In this document: piece by piece, positions 6,286 to 6,955 of the stretch
How positions within the stretch are numbered: the first letter of the stretch is position 1
How the letters are laid out: each line of letters opens with the position of its first letter
The notes under the pieces: model-generated
Seen by the model: only the letters and a program-made list of their open reading frames with translations
Told to the model about the DNA's origin: nothing
The model's database searches: none
Virus record (IMG/VR): IMGVR_UViG_2684622618_000019
Strand: one strand, 5' to 3'
Source: a virus
Lineage: Duplodnaviria; Heunggongvirae; Uroviricota; Caudoviricetes
Length of the DNA: 6,955 nt
Made by a program: the position numbers and the translations under genes

Positions 6286-6459
6286 TTCTTCCACCATCGC
6301 ACCGGACCAGCGACCATGAGGGGACAACGCCGCGCTCCGTTAACGCGGTAAACCCCGGTGTGTATCGTTTTTGATTATCCCCGCACACTCGCGCAGAGGA
6401 TTCTCCCGGTCGGGCTGCGGTCTCTGTTAATGCAGGAATACGGCGACAATACCGCGCAT
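6286..6459. repeat. 174-bp conserved non-coding element, copy B
   Basis: See copy A (5469-5642); constant offset of 817 bp. Confidence 0.9.
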
Positions 6460-6474
6460 GAATAATAAGGTCGC

Positions 6475-6699
6475 TCAACACACTGGCTGTAATGCAGCGG
6501 ATACCATGCGGCATTTAGCGGCATTCATCGTACACTCAACGGTTAGCTCTTCATTCGTGGCATTCACCTGAAAGGTCCTGGAGTGTAATTGCGTACATTT
6601 ACCACTGAACGAACCTTCAACAAGAACACGACCACGCTGCAAAATACGGAACGGAATTGTTCCCTGAAAAGGCTTTACGGTTACCAATAATTTCTTCAT
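6475..6699 (-). CDS. 74-aa hypothetical protein inserted between Rz and the 174-bp element
   Basis: ATG 6699-6697 with GGAGA SD 6 nt upstream; the track's TTG at 6717 is less likely. Product MKKLLVTVKPFQGTIPFRILQRGRVLVEGSFSGKCTQLHSRTFQVNATNEELTVECTMNAAKCRMVSAALQPVC has 4 Cys and no recognised family. Absent at the equivalent position in copy A, where the Rz stop lies 9 nt from the repeat. Confidence 0.5.
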   Translation of the reverse strand: MKKLLVTVKPFQGTIPFRILQRGRVLVEGSFSGKCTQLHSRTFQVNATNEELTVECTMNAAKCRMVSAALQPVC

Positions 6700-6722
6700 G
6701 CATTCTCCGAATAACAAAAATA

Positions 6723-6955
6723 CTAGTTAATACACTGAGTGCGGATATATTCCTGAAGCATTCTCAATGCTGCCTGGTCGCTGATGATTCCGTCTCTGAT
6801 ACCGAGAACGTTTCGTCCAGCAACCGGAGAGAGTTCGACGGCGGCATCATTGCCCACGCCGGAGGTGCCGGTGGCTTCACGCACGGTACCGGGGCAGGTG
6901 GCGTTGATCCGCAGGCGCTTACGACCAGCGGCAACATCAGCACGCAGAGTTTCAT
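6723..6955 (-). CDS. Rz: i-spanin Rz, C-terminal 76 codons (5' end beyond window)
   Basis: Minus-strand frame from 6953 reads ...TGTSGVGNDAAVELSPVAGRNVLGIRDGIISDQAALRMLQEYIRTQCIN-stop (TAG 6725-6723), a lambda-Rz-like C-terminus. Contains Rz1 embedded in the +1 frame. Confidence 0.8.
   Translation of the reverse strand, partial: ETLRADVAAGRKRLRINATCPGTVREATGTSGVGNDAAVELSPVAGRNVLGIRDGIISDQAALRMLQEYIRTQCIN
6764..6955 (-). CDS. Rz1: o-spanin Rz1 lipoprotein, embedded in Rz
   Basis: 63-aa ORF MKLCVLMLPLVVSAC... with lipobox VSAC and the proline-rich stretch CVKPPAPPAWAMMPP, close to lambda Rz1. ATG lies at the window edge, so upstream context is unseen. Confidence 0.8.
   Translation of the reverse strand: MKLCVLMLPLVVSACGSTPPAPVPCVKPPAPPAWAMMPPSNSLRLLDETFSVSETESSATRQH

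Noticed and set aside
6260-6514. Track ORF 6260-6514 (-, 84 aa) covering repeat copy B
   Set aside because: The equivalent frame in copy A is stopped by a TAA created by a single-base difference, so the frame is not conserved between copies.
1-6955. CRISPR arrays, tRNA or other structured RNA genes, integrase, transposase or IS elements, known defence systems
   Set aside because: No spacer-repeat periodicity, no tRNA-like cloverleaf candidates found by eye, and no ORF with recombinase or defence-type motifs. The only repeats are the paralogous prophage segments and the short palindromic half-sites.

Overview
This window is a prophage late region of an HK97-like, cos-type tailed phage, Enterobacteriaceae in style (lambda-like Rz/Rz1, YlcI-like genes). 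Nearly all genes are on the minus strand, so transcription runs from high to low coordinates. Right of a 50-N gap (5688-5737): the 3' part of an Rz/Rz1 spanin pair (6723-6955), a 74-aa ORF of unknown function, a 174-bp non-coding element, an AT-rich spacer holding a 46-aa hydrophobic ORF missing from the supplied track, and the C-terminal part of a YlcI-like gene on the plus strand. Left of the gap the same module recurs in a shorter paralogous form (Rz 3' stub, the 174-bp element at about 95% identity, a complete YlcI-like gene), followed by HNH endonuclease, a candidate cos region with a GTTAACAT half-site array, terS, terL, an intrinsic terminator and a single-ORF prohead-protease/major-capsid fusion. 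No portal gene lies between terL and the capsid gene. I see no recognisable defence system, CRISPR array, tRNA or integrase. The most interesting items are the small cargo ORFs and conserved non-coding element between lysis and packaging genes, the palindromic array upstream of terS, and the portal-less terL/capsid junction. All family assignments rest on motifs read by eye from the translations; no database search was run.
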